Counted from the stretch's first letter, positions 28,655 through 39,032 are shown. The stretch: 64,000 bases of DNA from a virus (IMGVR_UViG_3300014590_000001:32001-96000); one strand, 5' to 3'. Program-made: numbers and translations. Notes: a model not told the origin generated them from the sequence alone.

Positions 28655-28715
28655 ATTTTTCTGGTACGGTTTGGGTTAATCTTAATAATTTTAACCCATA
28701 CTGTACTGGAGAAAT
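28655..28715 (+). promoter_or_regulatory. 25-bp RNA hairpin sequestering the ribosome-binding site of the HNH gene
   Basis: 28655-28679 pairs with 28691-28715 (4 G-U pairs, 1 mismatch). The right arm contains GGAGA. Confidence 0.8.
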
Positions 28716-28717
28716 AT

Positions 28718-29590
28718 ATGAGACTACAAGCATCCGAAGCATTTGTTCGTGCGCAGAAGATTCGTTCCGATTGGGACAAAAAGAAATTCAAAACCAAAAC
28801 TGAACTGGCGAAGCACTATGAAATCTCTGTTCAATATGTGACAAAGATTTTAAATGGGCTTAAATGCAAAGACATTGCGCCGCCAAAAGGTAACTATAAG
28901 GATGTAGAATTGTTTGGTGTGCGATATGCGATTTATTCTGATGGTCGTGTTTGGTCGTACACCAAAAACTTTTTATTAACGTTTACTCGTCGCGCTGATG
29001 ATTATGCGCGTTTCTTTGTTGAGCGTGGCGACGGTACTCGTCAAAAGATTAAGGTTCATCAAATTGTTATGCAGTGTTTCGGCAAGCCCCGTCCTAAAGG
29101 TGCTACGCTGATTCGACATTTGGACGATGATCCGTACAATAACGATATTTCAAATCTTGCGTGGGGCAATGATAAGTCCAACATGCAGGACAAAATTCGA
29201 AATGAAAACGGAATGTATGGAGAATCTCTATCCACTGCAAAACTGAACCGCAGACAGGTGCGTGAGTTTATGTTGTCCTATGACGGTTCCTGCAAACTTC
29301 GAACTCATATTGATTCGTTTATTGAGAAACATGCGCTCAATATTTCAGTGCGTGTTATGCAGGGGATTGCGCGAGGACAAGGCTGGAAGTTTTTAAATCT
29401 ACCTGCAATAACTTGCGGAGAAAACAATACTGGATTCGAGTCTTTCATGATTAAATCCGTCCGTGAAAAGTTTAAGTCTCATGGAAAAGAATATGAATCT
29501 AAAAACGCTTTCGCAAAAGCAGTCGCGAAATCAATCGCAAAGAAAATCGGAAGACCTGTCTACTGGAAATCCGTCCTTGCTTGTTTGTGA
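28718..29590 (+). mobile_element. Free-standing HNH homing endonuclease (NUMOD4/HNH-type)
   Basis: YAIYSDGRVWS and VHQIV..CFG......IRHLDDDPYNNDISNLAWG...N, with flanking HTH-like segments. Confidence 0.88.
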
Positions 29591-29603
29591 GGGGGATTAA
29601 TTT

Positions 29604-31619
29604 ATGGCACGTTTTCGCGTAAGAAATTTAGCGAACAACGGCTGGTACGATTGCGTTGACACGCCAATGTTTATTCGAACAAAGGATAAAACGTGGCAAC
29701 CATTAACCGCCGATATTTTTTCTGTTCGCGGATTGCATGGGAAACGCTGGTACGATATCGACGCCAATTATGATCCTGATTTCGATGATCCTTGTATTAA
29801 TCAGGAAGTCGGAAATTGTGGTGGTAGTCCAACTTCCACAACAAAAGGTTCTGGTACTGGTGACGGTTCGCGTGGCCCTAAATATGATCCGTTAAAAGGT
29901 TATCCTGCTGGTTATGATTTACCTGATGCAATGCGCACAGGTTTCGGCGTAGGAATCGGAAATGTTCCTCCAACTTCTCGCTACATAACGCGCCCAGGAA
30001 TTCGAACAATCGAAAGTTATGATCCTACTGGCCTTGCATCAAAAGCTGGTTTGGGAACATGGACTAACCCTAACGTTCCGTGGGCGAGTGTTCACGCTCG
30101 CGGAGCGCAAATCACCGAAACAATTTACGCAATTCCAAAACAAGAAGGTTATGTTGAAATAACTTTCGCAAGCTATCACGCGGATGGACTTAGCGTTGAC
30201 GTTTACTCTGAAGGTCTTAGAGTTGCATCAACGTGCGGTAAAGTTGGTGGTCGCGGTCGAATTAAATTCCTGAACGATCCTGAAGCTGATGATATGCGAA
30301 TCATGATTCGTGTTCGTACAACTCAAGGCGCAAACTGGAGTCTGCAAGTAATTCCTCCGAAACTTAATGCGACAAGTGACCGTGCAAACTTAGCGCTAGA
30401 TCTGCAAGCGTCATATGACGTTCTTACTTATCCAGATGTTATTATTCCGGATTACATTGGCACTCCAATTTTCCCTGCACCGTGTCACGCAACTGTTTGG
30501 CCTATCGCGAATCGAATTTTAGATAGCGATGCGTTTGAATATTATCACTACATTGGAAACAATGCTGGATGGACTTATTTGGACTTTACATCGTGGGATA
30601 ACTTAGATTACATCGAGGTTTATCACGCAGGTCGAAGAATTGCGGGAACACAAGAAGCGAAAACCGGACAAGGTTATTTGTATTTCTATTACGATCCAAC
30701 TGGAACAACAAACTACGATCTTATGGTTCGTGTTGTTGCGAAAGATTTCGGAAAGAATGCAAGTCTGAACAGTTTCTATTATTCGCTGTACTGCCCGAAC
30801 GAGCGTGGTGCGCGTGAATATCGCTTCCCTTGTCAATCTGATTGGACTGTTAGCGCAGGGCACCCAACTACAGAAGATAATTTTTCGTTAGGTATCCAGC
30901 CAGATCAACGAGCCGTTCTTGTTCAGGTTAACGCAGGAAGTTTTGACACGAAGTTTGAAGTGTTTGATGAAAACATGAATCTTCTGGATACAGAAAATCT
31001 TCTTGCCGGACAAACTGGCACACTGGAGTTCTGGAAAGAAACTACGCACACGTTGCGCTCGAATATTACAGTGCGAGCGACGAGCGGTATTGGTTGCGAT
31101 TGGTCTTATTTTGTTTGGTGTCCAATTCAGCCTCCGCACTTAAACGTGCAAGATTATTCTGTTCCGTATAACTGTTTGGCAATTGGTGATAGTCCTTCTG
31201 AAGCAAACTGGACAATGACTAAAGGTGTTCTGCGTTATTGGGGCAACGTTGACCACACAGTTAATTTGAATTTCCGTATCGCAACTGATGACGGAAACCG
31301 ATACACAGGTTCAGGAAAAGGTTCTGCGTTAACTCCTGCCGTTGCTGCTACTGGCGGTTACTTCCAGAAAACCAACGAAACAAAACACGGAGACTTGCAC
31401 GGAAACTTGGAATATGAGCCGTGGCCTACTTCAATCGGAAACCGTACAATTAAAAATGTTCAAACAACATTTACTTGGACAGGAACGATTTATCAAGCGT
31501 CATTAGTTCAGCTTCCTTCTGCTGCAAATGGATGGATTGGAGTCGTTCAAATTTATACTCCACAGGACGATGAACAATACGTTGATTTGCGAGTTAACGT
31601 AACAGTCACATACGGGTAA
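29604..31619 (+). CDS. Virion structural/fibre-associated protein with three internal beta repeats
   Basis: Repeated G.V..F.S....D...VY..G.R.A.T....G.G...F and P.PC motifs. Confidence 0.6.
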   Translation: MARFRVRNLANNGWYDCVDTPMFIRTKDKTWQPLTADIFSVRGLHGKRWYDIDANYDPDFDDPCINQEVGNCGGSPTSTTKGSGTGDGSRGPKYDPLKGYPAGYDLPDAMRTGFGVGIGNVPPTSRYITRPGIRTIESYDPTGLASKAGLGTWTNPNVPWASVHARGAQITETIYAIPKQEGYVEITFASYHADGLSVDVYSEGLRVASTCGKVGGRGRIKFLNDPEADDMRIMIRVRTTQGANWSLQVIPPKLNATSDRANLALDLQASYDVLTYPDVIIPDYIGTPIFPAPCHATVWPIANRILDSDAFEYYHYIGNNAGWTYLDFTSWDNLDYIEVYHAGRRIAGTQEAKTGQGYLYFYYDPTGTTNYDLMVRVVAKDFGKNASLNSFYYSLYCPNERGAREYRFPCQSDWTVSAGHPTTEDNFSLGIQPDQRAVLVQVNAGSFDTKFEVFDENMNLLDTENLLAGQTGTLEFWKETTHTLRSNITVRATSGIGCDWSYFVWCPIQPPHLNVQDYSVPYNCLAIGDSPSEANWTMTKGVLRYWGNVDHTVNLNFRIATDDGNRYTGSGKGSALTPAVAATGGYFQKTNETKHGDLHGNLEYEPWPTSIGNRTIKNVQTTFTWTGTIYQASLVQLPSAANGWIGVVQIYTPQDDEQYVDLRVNVTVTYG

Positions 31620-31627
31620 AAATAAAA

Positions 31628-34600
31628 ATGATCAAGCGGAGTTGTTTATATCTGCGAGGTCTTACTTTCGGGTATTCGGGTGGTGGTGGCCCCAATACCC
31701 GTAGTTGGGCTGACGCAAACATGCCAGAAGATCGCGGAACGATGACCGGAATTGCAATTGACGGACACGCTTCTGGATTTATTTGCGGCTATGGCGGCGC
31801 GTTCATGAATGGCGCGTTTCTTACTCCATATTCTTTTGATGTAAATCCTAATGGTGGTTGGTTAGGTGATTATTCAAAAGATAATGTGAACAGCATTACC
31901 GGAATGTTGCGTCAACTTCTCGTGATGATGGGAATGGGCGCAAACTTCACTCACGGAAAATCTATTCTGCTCATGAGTGATGGTGCGTCAGTAACAGATC
32001 GCACTAACTTCGATAGTTGGGGACAGTTCTGCTATTACTTGAAACGAAAACGTTTCGACGTTCTTCCACATACTGTTAGCGAAATTGCTGCTGGTGAGTA
32101 TGGCTATGACGGACAGGCGCATTATTTCAAACAATTCGCACTGACTGTTTTTATGCTTTCAAATACAGGGCGAAGCATTAACGATACAATGGCGGCGGCA
32201 ATTCGAAACGCAATCAAAGAAGGAATTTCTTTCGTTGTGTTGCAGAAAGGGCCGGGCGAAGGTGCTGCAAACTTTAACGCCATTTTCAATCCGATTGGTA
32301 TCACTGCCAATAAAACAACAAGTATCGTCTGCACAGATCGCGCACGTTCTGCAAATATCGGTGCGTATGGAAATCATGTTGCATGGAATGGTGTTGAACA
32401 ATTCCACTACAAATTGGCGTATCGTTCCGCTCAAGGTTATGGTTTCACTGATACCGGTGAGTCACGACAAACCGGAATTAGTGGACAGCCTGGGACGTGG
32501 ATTCCTTTCATGTGCGCGGATGTTGATATCAATGATGACATACGGCAAGACTCTCCGTATTTCTTCAAAGATTATTGCTGCGCAGATCCAGAAGATGCAG
32601 TGAGTGTTGATTATGATGTTACTGTTTTCCCGTACAAACCCGATACGTGGCGCAACGGAATTCAAGCAGGTTATCACAAAATAAATTGGAGCAACGACAG
32701 CGCACAAAGTCTTGCTGCACGTTCACAATTTTTCTGCCACGTTGTTGGCTACGGCTACTCTCTCGCTAACAACAAAGAAGGTGGTTACTCAATTATAAAC
32801 GGTACTCAGTACGCGGATGCGCGATCCCTGAACGTCTATAAAATCAGTAAAGCAACCCGCCAACTTGTTGAGCGTAGAAATTTTGATCTTCATGCGAGTG
32901 GCGATGGTCAGCCTGACGGCATTGCTGCTGCGGCTGCGATGGCGGCATATTTGAATAGCATCGACGGAAACTATTGGGTTCTCGTCACGATGTTTGATGA
33001 ATGTTCTTATAATCATTTGGCTGGCGGATTACCTGCTGCAATGTATCGCATTGGCGCGAGCCGTCGTGTTTGGGAAGATGTAAACTTTCAATATCGCGGC
33101 GCATATAATTGTTTCGGTAGCCCCGGATTGGGAGAAGGAAACGCAATCAACGAAATGTACAAAGGAGAAATGTCCAGCGATCCGAATGCAATTTTCGATG
33201 TTGGCTATTCCTTTGATACAAACGGCTGGCCTTATATTACAGGTACGCAACTCTATTCAAAACCTTCTGTATCAAACAGAGGTCTTTTTAATGATCAGGC
33301 AAGTCAACACTCCAACTACTACAAAGTGTTGGACGATCCGGATGGAAGCCAGTATTACGGAGTGAAGCATACTGCGGAATTGCGTGATGTTCGCTTTAAA
33401 AAACTTCCGATGTATGAAGCAAAAGATTTTGTAGTAAGTGTTGAACATCCATGTATTGATCTCGGCAACTATCCTACGTTCTCTATTGATGATATTTCAA
33501 TTAAAGAGGGCAGCGACTACGGATACTCGACAGCAACGTTTACTATTACTGCGAGTGAAGAAGTTATGGGTCGTGCGATTTCGATGACTGTTCAAACTCG
33601 CGATGGTACTGCGCGATGCGTAAGCAGTGAAACTACTGCTCGACGAATGATTGCACCTAGCGGTAATTCTCCGTTCTCGTTTATTGATTATCAGAATACT
33701 CGCGTTGTGTGGGGCGGTAGTCTTGACGCATTCACCAACAACAATCTGGCAAACAATGCGCAAACCAAACAGTTCCTAACCAATGCAATTGATTGGCTTG
33801 GACACGGACACCGAAACGATAAGATTTTAATTGTTGGCGATTCCTTCACAGGAAGTTCTTACCCAACGAGCAACTATCGAATCAATGAAGGTGGTGCGAA
33901 CGATTTCGGAACAACGCTAGTAAACCATTTGCGAAACATGCAATTTCAAGTTGATGTTGCTGGATGGTCTACGCTTTACGGCGGTGCTCCTTCTGCAATC
34001 ATCTTTGATAAGTACGTTATCGTTATTTTTATTTCTGCGAATCCAAATGCGAATGCGAAAATCGGAATTGCATTTACGAAAGCGTTAGAAAACTCTGTTC
34101 GTCGTGGTACAGGTATGATGGTTCTTACAGGACAATCAAACGTGGCTGGTAGTGCGAACATGTTGGCGAACCGTTTTTATCTGAACTACTCCGGTTCGTT
34201 CTCCGGTGAAAACTTAAACGTGGATGCAGTTAGAAGTCAGATCGGTAGCCATCAACTTATTAACGGCATGTCTGGTGCGTGGGGCGGCCTCGGTGGTTTT
34301 TCTGATGTTCGAACAAATGGAGGCGTTGGAGATCCACAAGACTACATTCCAATTGAACCGCGACAGCTTACGTTCCCTGTAGGCGCGAAAACAATGCAAG
34401 TGTCCGTACAAGTTTATCAGGACAGACTGACAGAAGGTGATGAATATTTTTATCTCGTTCTTTCTGATCTCTCACGTTCTGAATTTACGCGCGATACTGG
34501 TATGTGTACGATTCTGGATGATGATGGTACTCCGTTCGGTAGTGCTGCAAGTTCCGGCGGTCAAGGTGTTGAATGGCGTCGTCAGCTTTACCGAAATAAC

Positions 34601-35158
34601 ACTGGCGTATTTATTCTTTGGTCGGAACACTATAATATTCCAGACCGTGTAGATATTTTCCGCGATGGTGTTTGGCTTGATTCAAGTCCGAAAGGTGGAC
34701 AAGCGCCTTACGATTATCCGTCTGGCCCGATTTATCGCAACCTTCCGAACTCCGGCGGTCAGCATGAAATTTATATTCCTCACTATGCTGAACTTGATTA
34801 CACAACTTATTACGATGTGCGTATGCAGGGTACTGGTGACGGTACTGGATGGGATTACAACACGCGTGATGACAGTGTGAAAGGAATGTCTGGAAGTTTC
34901 AACTCCGGAAAATATGGCGGTCGTGTGTTTATTCACAACGTTGAATCGCAGCCTCGTCGTGGTGCATTCCGAATCAAAGTTGATTGGACAGGCGGTAATG
35001 GTGAAATGCACTTGCGCCGTGTTGGTGTAACTGCGGTTCGTGCTACTACTCGTGGAACATTCTATTTGGATCACGATACGACACGCGACTTCAAATACAT
35101 TGAAGTCTTCTTCAGTGGCACAAACTGTACGTACACAATCTCGGTTGTCGATCTGTAA
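31628..35158 (+). CDS. Multidomain adhesin-like virion protein (ILEI/GG-lectin domain, split Calx-beta, two alpha/beta domains)
   Basis: ILEI-like RNFDL...YLNSI..NYWVLVT.FDE..YRGAY..FG. Calx-beta halves FSIDDISIKEG..TRDGTA and DY....LTF..G.....V....D...EGDE.F.L.LS. Confidence 0.7.
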   Translation: MIKRSCLYLRGLTFGYSGGGGPNTRSWADANMPEDRGTMTGIAIDGHASGFICGYGGAFMNGAFLTPYSFDVNPNGGWLGDYSKDNVNSITGMLRQLLVMMGMGANFTHGKSILLMSDGASVTDRTNFDSWGQFCYYLKRKRFDVLPHTVSEIAAGEYGYDGQAHYFKQFALTVFMLSNTGRSINDTMAAAIRNAIKEGISFVVLQKGPGEGAANFNAIFNPIGITANKTTSIVCTDRARSANIGAYGNHVAWNGVEQFHYKLAYRSAQGYGFTDTGESRQTGISGQPGTWIPFMCADVDINDDIRQDSPYFFKDYCCADPEDAVSVDYDVTVFPYKPDTWRNGIQAGYHKINWSNDSAQSLAARSQFFCHVVGYGYSLANNKEGGYSIINGTQYADARSLNVYKISKATRQLVERRNFDLHASGDGQPDGIAAAAAMAAYLNSIDGNYWVLVTMFDECSYNHLAGGLPAAMYRIGASRRVWEDVNFQYRGAYNCFGSPGLGEGNAINEMYKGEMSSDPNAIFDVGYSFDTNGWPYITGTQLYSKPSVSNRGLFNDQASQHSNYYKVLDDPDGSQYYGVKHTAELRDVRFKKLPMYEAKDFVVSVEHPCIDLGNYPTFSIDDISIKEGSDYGYSTATFTITASEEVMGRAISMTVQTRDGTARCVSSETTARRMIAPSGNSPFSFIDYQNTRVVWGGSLDAFTNNNLANNAQTKQFLTNAIDWLGHGHRNDKILIVGDSFTGSSYPTSNYRINEGGANDFGTTLVNHLRNMQFQVDVAGWSTLYGGAPSAIIFDKYVIVIFISANPNANAKIGIAFTKALENSVRRGTGMMVLTGQSNVAGSANMLANRFYLNYSGSFSGENLNVDAVRSQIGSHQLINGMSGAWGGLGGFSDVRTNGGVGDPQDYIPIEPRQLTFPVGAKTMQVSVQVYQDRLTEGDEYFYLVLSDLSRSEFTRDTGMCTILDDDGTPFGSAASSGGQGVEWRRQLYRNNTGVFILWSEHYNIPDRVDIFRDGVWLDSSPKGGQAPYDYPSGPIYRNLPNSGGQHEIYIPHYAELDYTTYYDVRMQGTGDGTGWDYNTRDDSVKGMSGSFNSGKYGGRVFIHNVESQPRRGAFRIKVDWTGGNGEMHLRRVGVTAVRATTRGTFYLDHDTTRDFKYIEVFFSGTNCTYTISVVDL

Positions 35159-35163
35159 TACGC

Positions 35164-35190
35164 TGGCGGTGTAATGCCGCCAACTTTTTT
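35164..35190 (+). terminator. Rho-independent terminator
   Basis: TGGCGGT-gtaa-TGCCGCCA followed by acTTTTTT. Confidence 0.7.
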
Positions 35191-35202
35191 GGAGAAAGAA
35201 GT

Positions 35203-35406
35203 ATGCCAGCGCTCGGAAGATTAGCAATTAAAAATCCGGCTACAGGTGCGTGGATCTCTAATTTAACCAGAGGCGGTATGAAGATTCGTTGGACAAACCC
35301 TGCAACGGGTTTAACTGTTTGGGTGCGAATGACTCCAAACAATACGAAGCTGAAGAATCCTAACTTTGGTCAATCGGGCGAACCTGAATTTATAAGTCTC
35401 GTCTAA
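35203..35406 (+). CDS. Small fibre adaptor-like protein
   Basis: Repeated (K/T)NPATG..W motifs, similar to the N-terminus of the 29604 protein. Confidence 0.6.
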   Translation: MPALGRLAIKNPATGAWISNLTRGGMKIRWTNPATGLTVWVRMTPNNTKLKNPNFGQSGEPEFISLV

Positions 35407-35416
35407 GGAAACTAGA

Positions 35417-36235
35417 ATGACATTGCAGAAAATTGATCCATCATTTATTAGCGGGGCAGGGGGCACTAAAAATCAAGTCCTCGCTAAAAAGAATGACCTT
35501 AGCGTTGGATTCGTTGACCCTGCTAAACAAGATCCGACAGAAAATAAATCTTCGGTACAATTTGATAGCGCAACAGGAACAATCACAGTTATTTTTCCTG
35601 ACGGTACTCAAAAAATTGCATCGGGTTTACCAACTGCGGATCAAATGAAAGCAGGACGTGAAGGGAAGCAAGGCAAACAAGGCATTCAAGGTAACGCAGG
35701 AAAAGACGGACGCGATGGACGCGATGGAGAGCCGGGCTGTCCGGGCATTCGCGGAACTCGTGGACGACAAGGGCCAACTGGTAACACTGGCCCGATTGGC
35801 CCGACAGGAAATACTGGTGCGCCGGGGCCAACAGGTATGCAAGGAAATACTGGCCCTGCTGGACGCGATGCAATTATAAATCAGTATGAAGTTTCTGCCG
35901 TTCTCGATCCTCTAACTGGTAAAGAAGTTGTTGGCGCTTATGTTGGTTCTGATTTCGATCCAAACACAGGCCGCACAATTAACTTCGGTCGCGCTATTGC
36001 TCCTGCAACTCAAAGCGCAATCAACGTCGCATTCAACAAACCGTTCTTAAACCGTTGTGCAAGTCTGACAATTACGTTCCTTAATACGGCAACCAATCAG
36101 GCTAAAACTTATTCCATCTATAACACTGATGGAACAGCGGTAAAAGAAAACGTGTTGCTCGGTGGATTTATGCTGAAGTCAACGGGCGCGAATTCCGTAG
36201 CATGGGATTTCTATTATTCAGCAATAGGTGATTAA
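35417..36235 (+). CDS. Collagen-like fibre protein 4 with a fibre-tip C-terminal domain
   Basis: Shared FDS.TG...V...G....SGLPT N-domain, Gly-X-Y run, and C-terminal V.F.KPF...C..FYYSAIG. Confidence 0.85.
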   Translation: MTLQKIDPSFISGAGGTKNQVLAKKNDLSVGFVDPAKQDPTENKSSVQFDSATGTITVIFPDGTQKIASGLPTADQMKAGREGKQGKQGIQGNAGKDGRDGRDGEPGCPGIRGTRGRQGPTGNTGPIGPTGNTGAPGPTGMQGNTGPAGRDAIINQYEVSAVLDPLTGKEVVGAYVGSDFDPNTGRTINFGRAIAPATQSAINVAFNKPFLNRCASLTITFLNTATNQAKTYSIYNTDGTAVKENVLLGGFMLKSTGANSVAWDFYYSAIGD

Positions 36236-36695
36236 CATGATCTATCTCGGTGTTAATGCTGAAACGGGAGAAATTTATGGACGGGTACGCGTACCCACTC
36301 CATCTTCCATTGAAGTGGACGAAGAACTTTTTGGGCGATACTTGGGCGATCCTAGCGCATTTATTTATTATCCGGATCGCAACACAATTGATATTCGTCC
36401 GGACTATGAACCTCCTAAAGCACAATCAATAAGTTCTGAAGTTTTAGAAAACTATCAGACGAAAGCGCAGGAAGAAATTTATATTCCTGAACTTGATGTT
36501 CACGTAAGTATCGCGGGAGTTTTCGGGCGCGTTTTACTTGCGGCATTGTCACTTGCTCAGTATGTTCCACAAACTGTTTTGGTGTTCGACAAAGGTTCTT
36601 ATTCTAAGATTGAAATCAACGCTTCGAATTTAGAATTCTTTGCTGCTGCATACGCCAAACATTTTGCAGATATCACGGAGGATCTGAATGAGTAA
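36228..36695 (+). CDS. Putative fibre assembly chaperone
   Basis: Overlaps and follows the fibre gene. Confidence 0.45.
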   Translation: MINMIYLGVNAETGEIYGRVRVPTPSSIEVDEELFGRYLGDPSAFIYYPDRNTIDIRPDYEPPKAQSISSEVLENYQTKAQEEIYIPELDVHVSIAGVFGRVLLAALSLAQYVPQTVLVFDKGSYSKIEINASNLEFFAAAYAKHFADITEDLNE

Positions 36696-37476
36696 GTTAA
36701 GCAACTATGTGGATACATTGATTGAGCTTTCACGACAGCAAGGGCTTGTTGGTGGTAACGATGTTGTTTACCGCCTTGCGCCTGAAGTTGTTGTGATTAT
36801 CTCAGACAACGAACCGACGGATCACACGTTTCCTCTAAACGGAATTTGGATCGTAAGTGATATCAATGCGCAGGATTATAAATCAGTTTACAAACGTGAA
36901 AGCAAAACTCCTGCAAATGGACGAGCGTATACGTGGAAACTGATCGATGATTATGATGTTTTCATGCGCCCTCAAACGTGGGATAGCGCAGACCTTCCGA
37001 CCCCTGTTATCGTTAGCGGTAAAGGCGGGCAGATGGAAGCTGCACTTTTCCCGCGTATTGTTTCGCAGTTTTTAGCGAACGAAACTATTCCACGTAGCTA
37101 TGCGGATGCAATAAAAACTCAACTTTCGAGTGGCTTCAGTGTAATGCTCAGTAACATGAATAATCGTGTTACCTCAAACACTGGACGCATAACGGAATTG
37201 AGTCAAAATATTAAGTTGCTAAGTGCGAAAGTTGACGAAGCAATTTCCTCAAGTGCAATTCGTGGCGCTGTTATTGTGCAAGATACCCCGACTCCGCTAT
37301 GGGCTTGCACTCACGGATTTGGCGAAGGTTATGGTTTCATGTTGTGTATAGATGCCAGCGGAGAAATTGTATGGCCGGAAAGAGTCTATACAGATCCTTC
37401 TTCTCCCGAAACATTGTTGGTAGAGTTTTTGGATTCTGTCTCGGGTTATGGTCTTTTGGTGTACATTCCGAAATAA
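36688..37476 (+). CDS. Putative virion protein with a coiled coil and a W...HG.G C-terminal module
   Basis: 262 aa. The C-terminal module resembles the FQHNAG...GEQIMPDSI segment of the 39794 protein. Confidence 0.55.
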   Translation: MSKLSNYVDTLIELSRQQGLVGGNDVVYRLAPEVVVIISDNEPTDHTFPLNGIWIVSDINAQDYKSVYKRESKTPANGRAYTWKLIDDYDVFMRPQTWDSADLPTPVIVSGKGGQMEAALFPRIVSQFLANETIPRSYADAIKTQLSSGFSVMLSNMNNRVTSNTGRITELSQNIKLLSAKVDEAISSSAIRGAVIVQDTPTPLWACTHGFGEGYGFMLCIDASGEIVWPERVYTDPSSPETLLVEFLDSVSGYGLLVYIPK

Positions 37477-37487
37477 ACACTCTCGCG

Positions 37488-38234
37488 ATGATTCAGAGTT
37501 ATGCGGGTGCTTATTACGGAAGTTCGGTTGCGGCAGGGATGCTGCAACAACCCACAATCATTATTTATATTCCTATCGTGAAAGATATTTCGCGTCCGGA
37601 ATTCGACGGCTACATGGATGAAGTAGCCAAACGAATTTATAAATACAACCCTAAGCAACTGGTTAGTATAGATAGAGATTTCCTAAAATTTCTTCCCTCC
37701 GACATTCAAGAAAAATATAAAAACTCTTACGTTTATCTTCAGACGAATATCTCAATGTGTGAGAAGATTGATTTCTTAATCGACTCGGCTGATAAGAAAA
37801 ATGTGCCTCTTTATATTCTTCTTGGAACTCAATCTATCTCACGCTCGACGGATGCTGAAGTTACAGAATGCGTTAAGCATGAGCACGAAATTTTCTATAT
37901 CAATACTTTGCAGCAATTGAAAAGAGTAGTTACGGAATTACAGAGTAAAGACAAAGGCTATATTATTTCTGCTCTCAATTACGTGATAGATGAAGAATAC
38001 AATACGGTTGTGGATCGTGGTCAGGTGAATCATTATATCAACATGATTAATCGCGTACACACTACAATCGGAAAATACTCTTACATCAATCTTGATATTG
38101 CATTGCGCCCTCGCTACATAAACAAACAACTCGATACAGAGCTATACATTCGTCCCAATAATTTAAAATCGGAAGACGAACAAATATTGCTCAAAAATAT
38201 TTTAACTAACATTGATGGAACACTTTCTCACTAA
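37488..38234 (+). CDS. Hypothetical protein (AT-rich, start uncertain)
   Basis: Long ORF filling the gap. ATG at 37488 or 37539. Confidence 0.55.
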   Translation: MIQSYAGAYYGSSVAAGMLQQPTIIIYIPIVKDISRPEFDGYMDEVAKRIYKYNPKQLVSIDRDFLKFLPSDIQEKYKNSYVYLQTNISMCEKIDFLIDSADKKNVPLYILLGTQSISRSTDAEVTECVKHEHEIFYINTLQQLKRVVTELQSKDKGYIISALNYVIDEEYNTVVDRGQVNHYINMINRVHTTIGKYSYINLDIALRPRYINKQLDTELYIRPNNLKSEDEQILLKNILTNIDGTLSH

Positions 38235-38260
38235 TTTAATGTTAGAAATTTAGTGGGGGA

Positions 38261-38542
38261 GTGGCAATGGTGAGTATCAAAAAAGCAAAGCTGCTCATTG
38301 TTTTGTTCGTAGGATTTGTCCTTGTGCTTGCAATGTTCACAGGCAAAACTTCTTATGCGCCATCCAACATCATTGGCGACGAAATTGTGAGTTGTGTTAC
38401 GGCAGTTTGTGTTTCGGATAAAACTTTGGGGAACTGCATTGAGTTTCCACCTAGAGTTGCGAGAGTGGTGCAAACCTCTGACGTTAATTCGGGCGCGGTG
38501 CGACTTGTTATTAGTCTGAACCGCAACTGCGAAGGGGGATAA
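38261..38542 (+). CDS. Small membrane-anchored or secreted Cys-containing protein
   Basis: KKAK followed by a hydrophobic helix. Four Cys residues. Confidence 0.6.
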   Translation: MAMVSIKKAKLLIVLFVGFVLVLAMFTGKTSYAPSNIIGDEIVSCVTAVCVSDKTLGNCIEFPPRVARVVQTSDVNSGAVRLVISLNRNCEGG

Positions 38543-38543
38543 A

Positions 38544-39032
38544 ATGAGTTCGTTACTTGACTTCATCGGTCAGTTACTAGGTTCAAGCGCTCCGACATTG
38601 CTCGCTTGTATCGCATTAGTTGCTGGCGGTGCTTTTTACTATTTCAAAGTTCTGCCTGATATGGAGGAACTGAAAGAGTTTAGAAAGCGTGAAGCGGAAG
38701 GAAATTTAGATTCATCTGCAATGGCGACAAGCATTGACGAACTTAGAAAACTCGTTACAAAAATGCTTGAAGATAATCCTGATTCGAACTCTGCAAAAGT
38801 GTTGAGCGATGTTTTGCGTAACACTCATGAACTTGAGCGTTCTCTTAATGCGTTAGGCCGTGATACTCAATTCACGACGGGCGTAATAAGAGATCTGATG
38901 CAGTCAGTAAATGATTTGCATACAGAAGTTAAACTGGTGCGTCAGAAACTACACAATATTTCTGGTGCAATCTATTCAACAACAGGGGCGCACGACGAAA
39001 ATGCGTTAGGCGATCTTAGGAGTTTGCGATGA
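38544..39032 (+). CDS. Membrane protein with a coiled coil
   Basis: N-terminal transmembrane segment followed by heptad repeats. Confidence 0.65.
   Translation: MSSLLDFIGQLLGSSAPTLLACIALVAGGAFYYFKVLPDMEELKEFRKREAEGNLDSSAMATSIDELRKLVTKMLEDNPDSNSAKVLSDVLRNTHELERSLNALGRDTQFTTGVIRDLMQSVNDLHTEVKLVRQKLHNISGAIYSTTGAHDENALGDLRSLR

Noticed and set aside
28718-29590. HNH gene as part of a self-splicing intron
   Set aside because: Both neighbouring genes have their own start and stop codons, and there is no room for an intron core.
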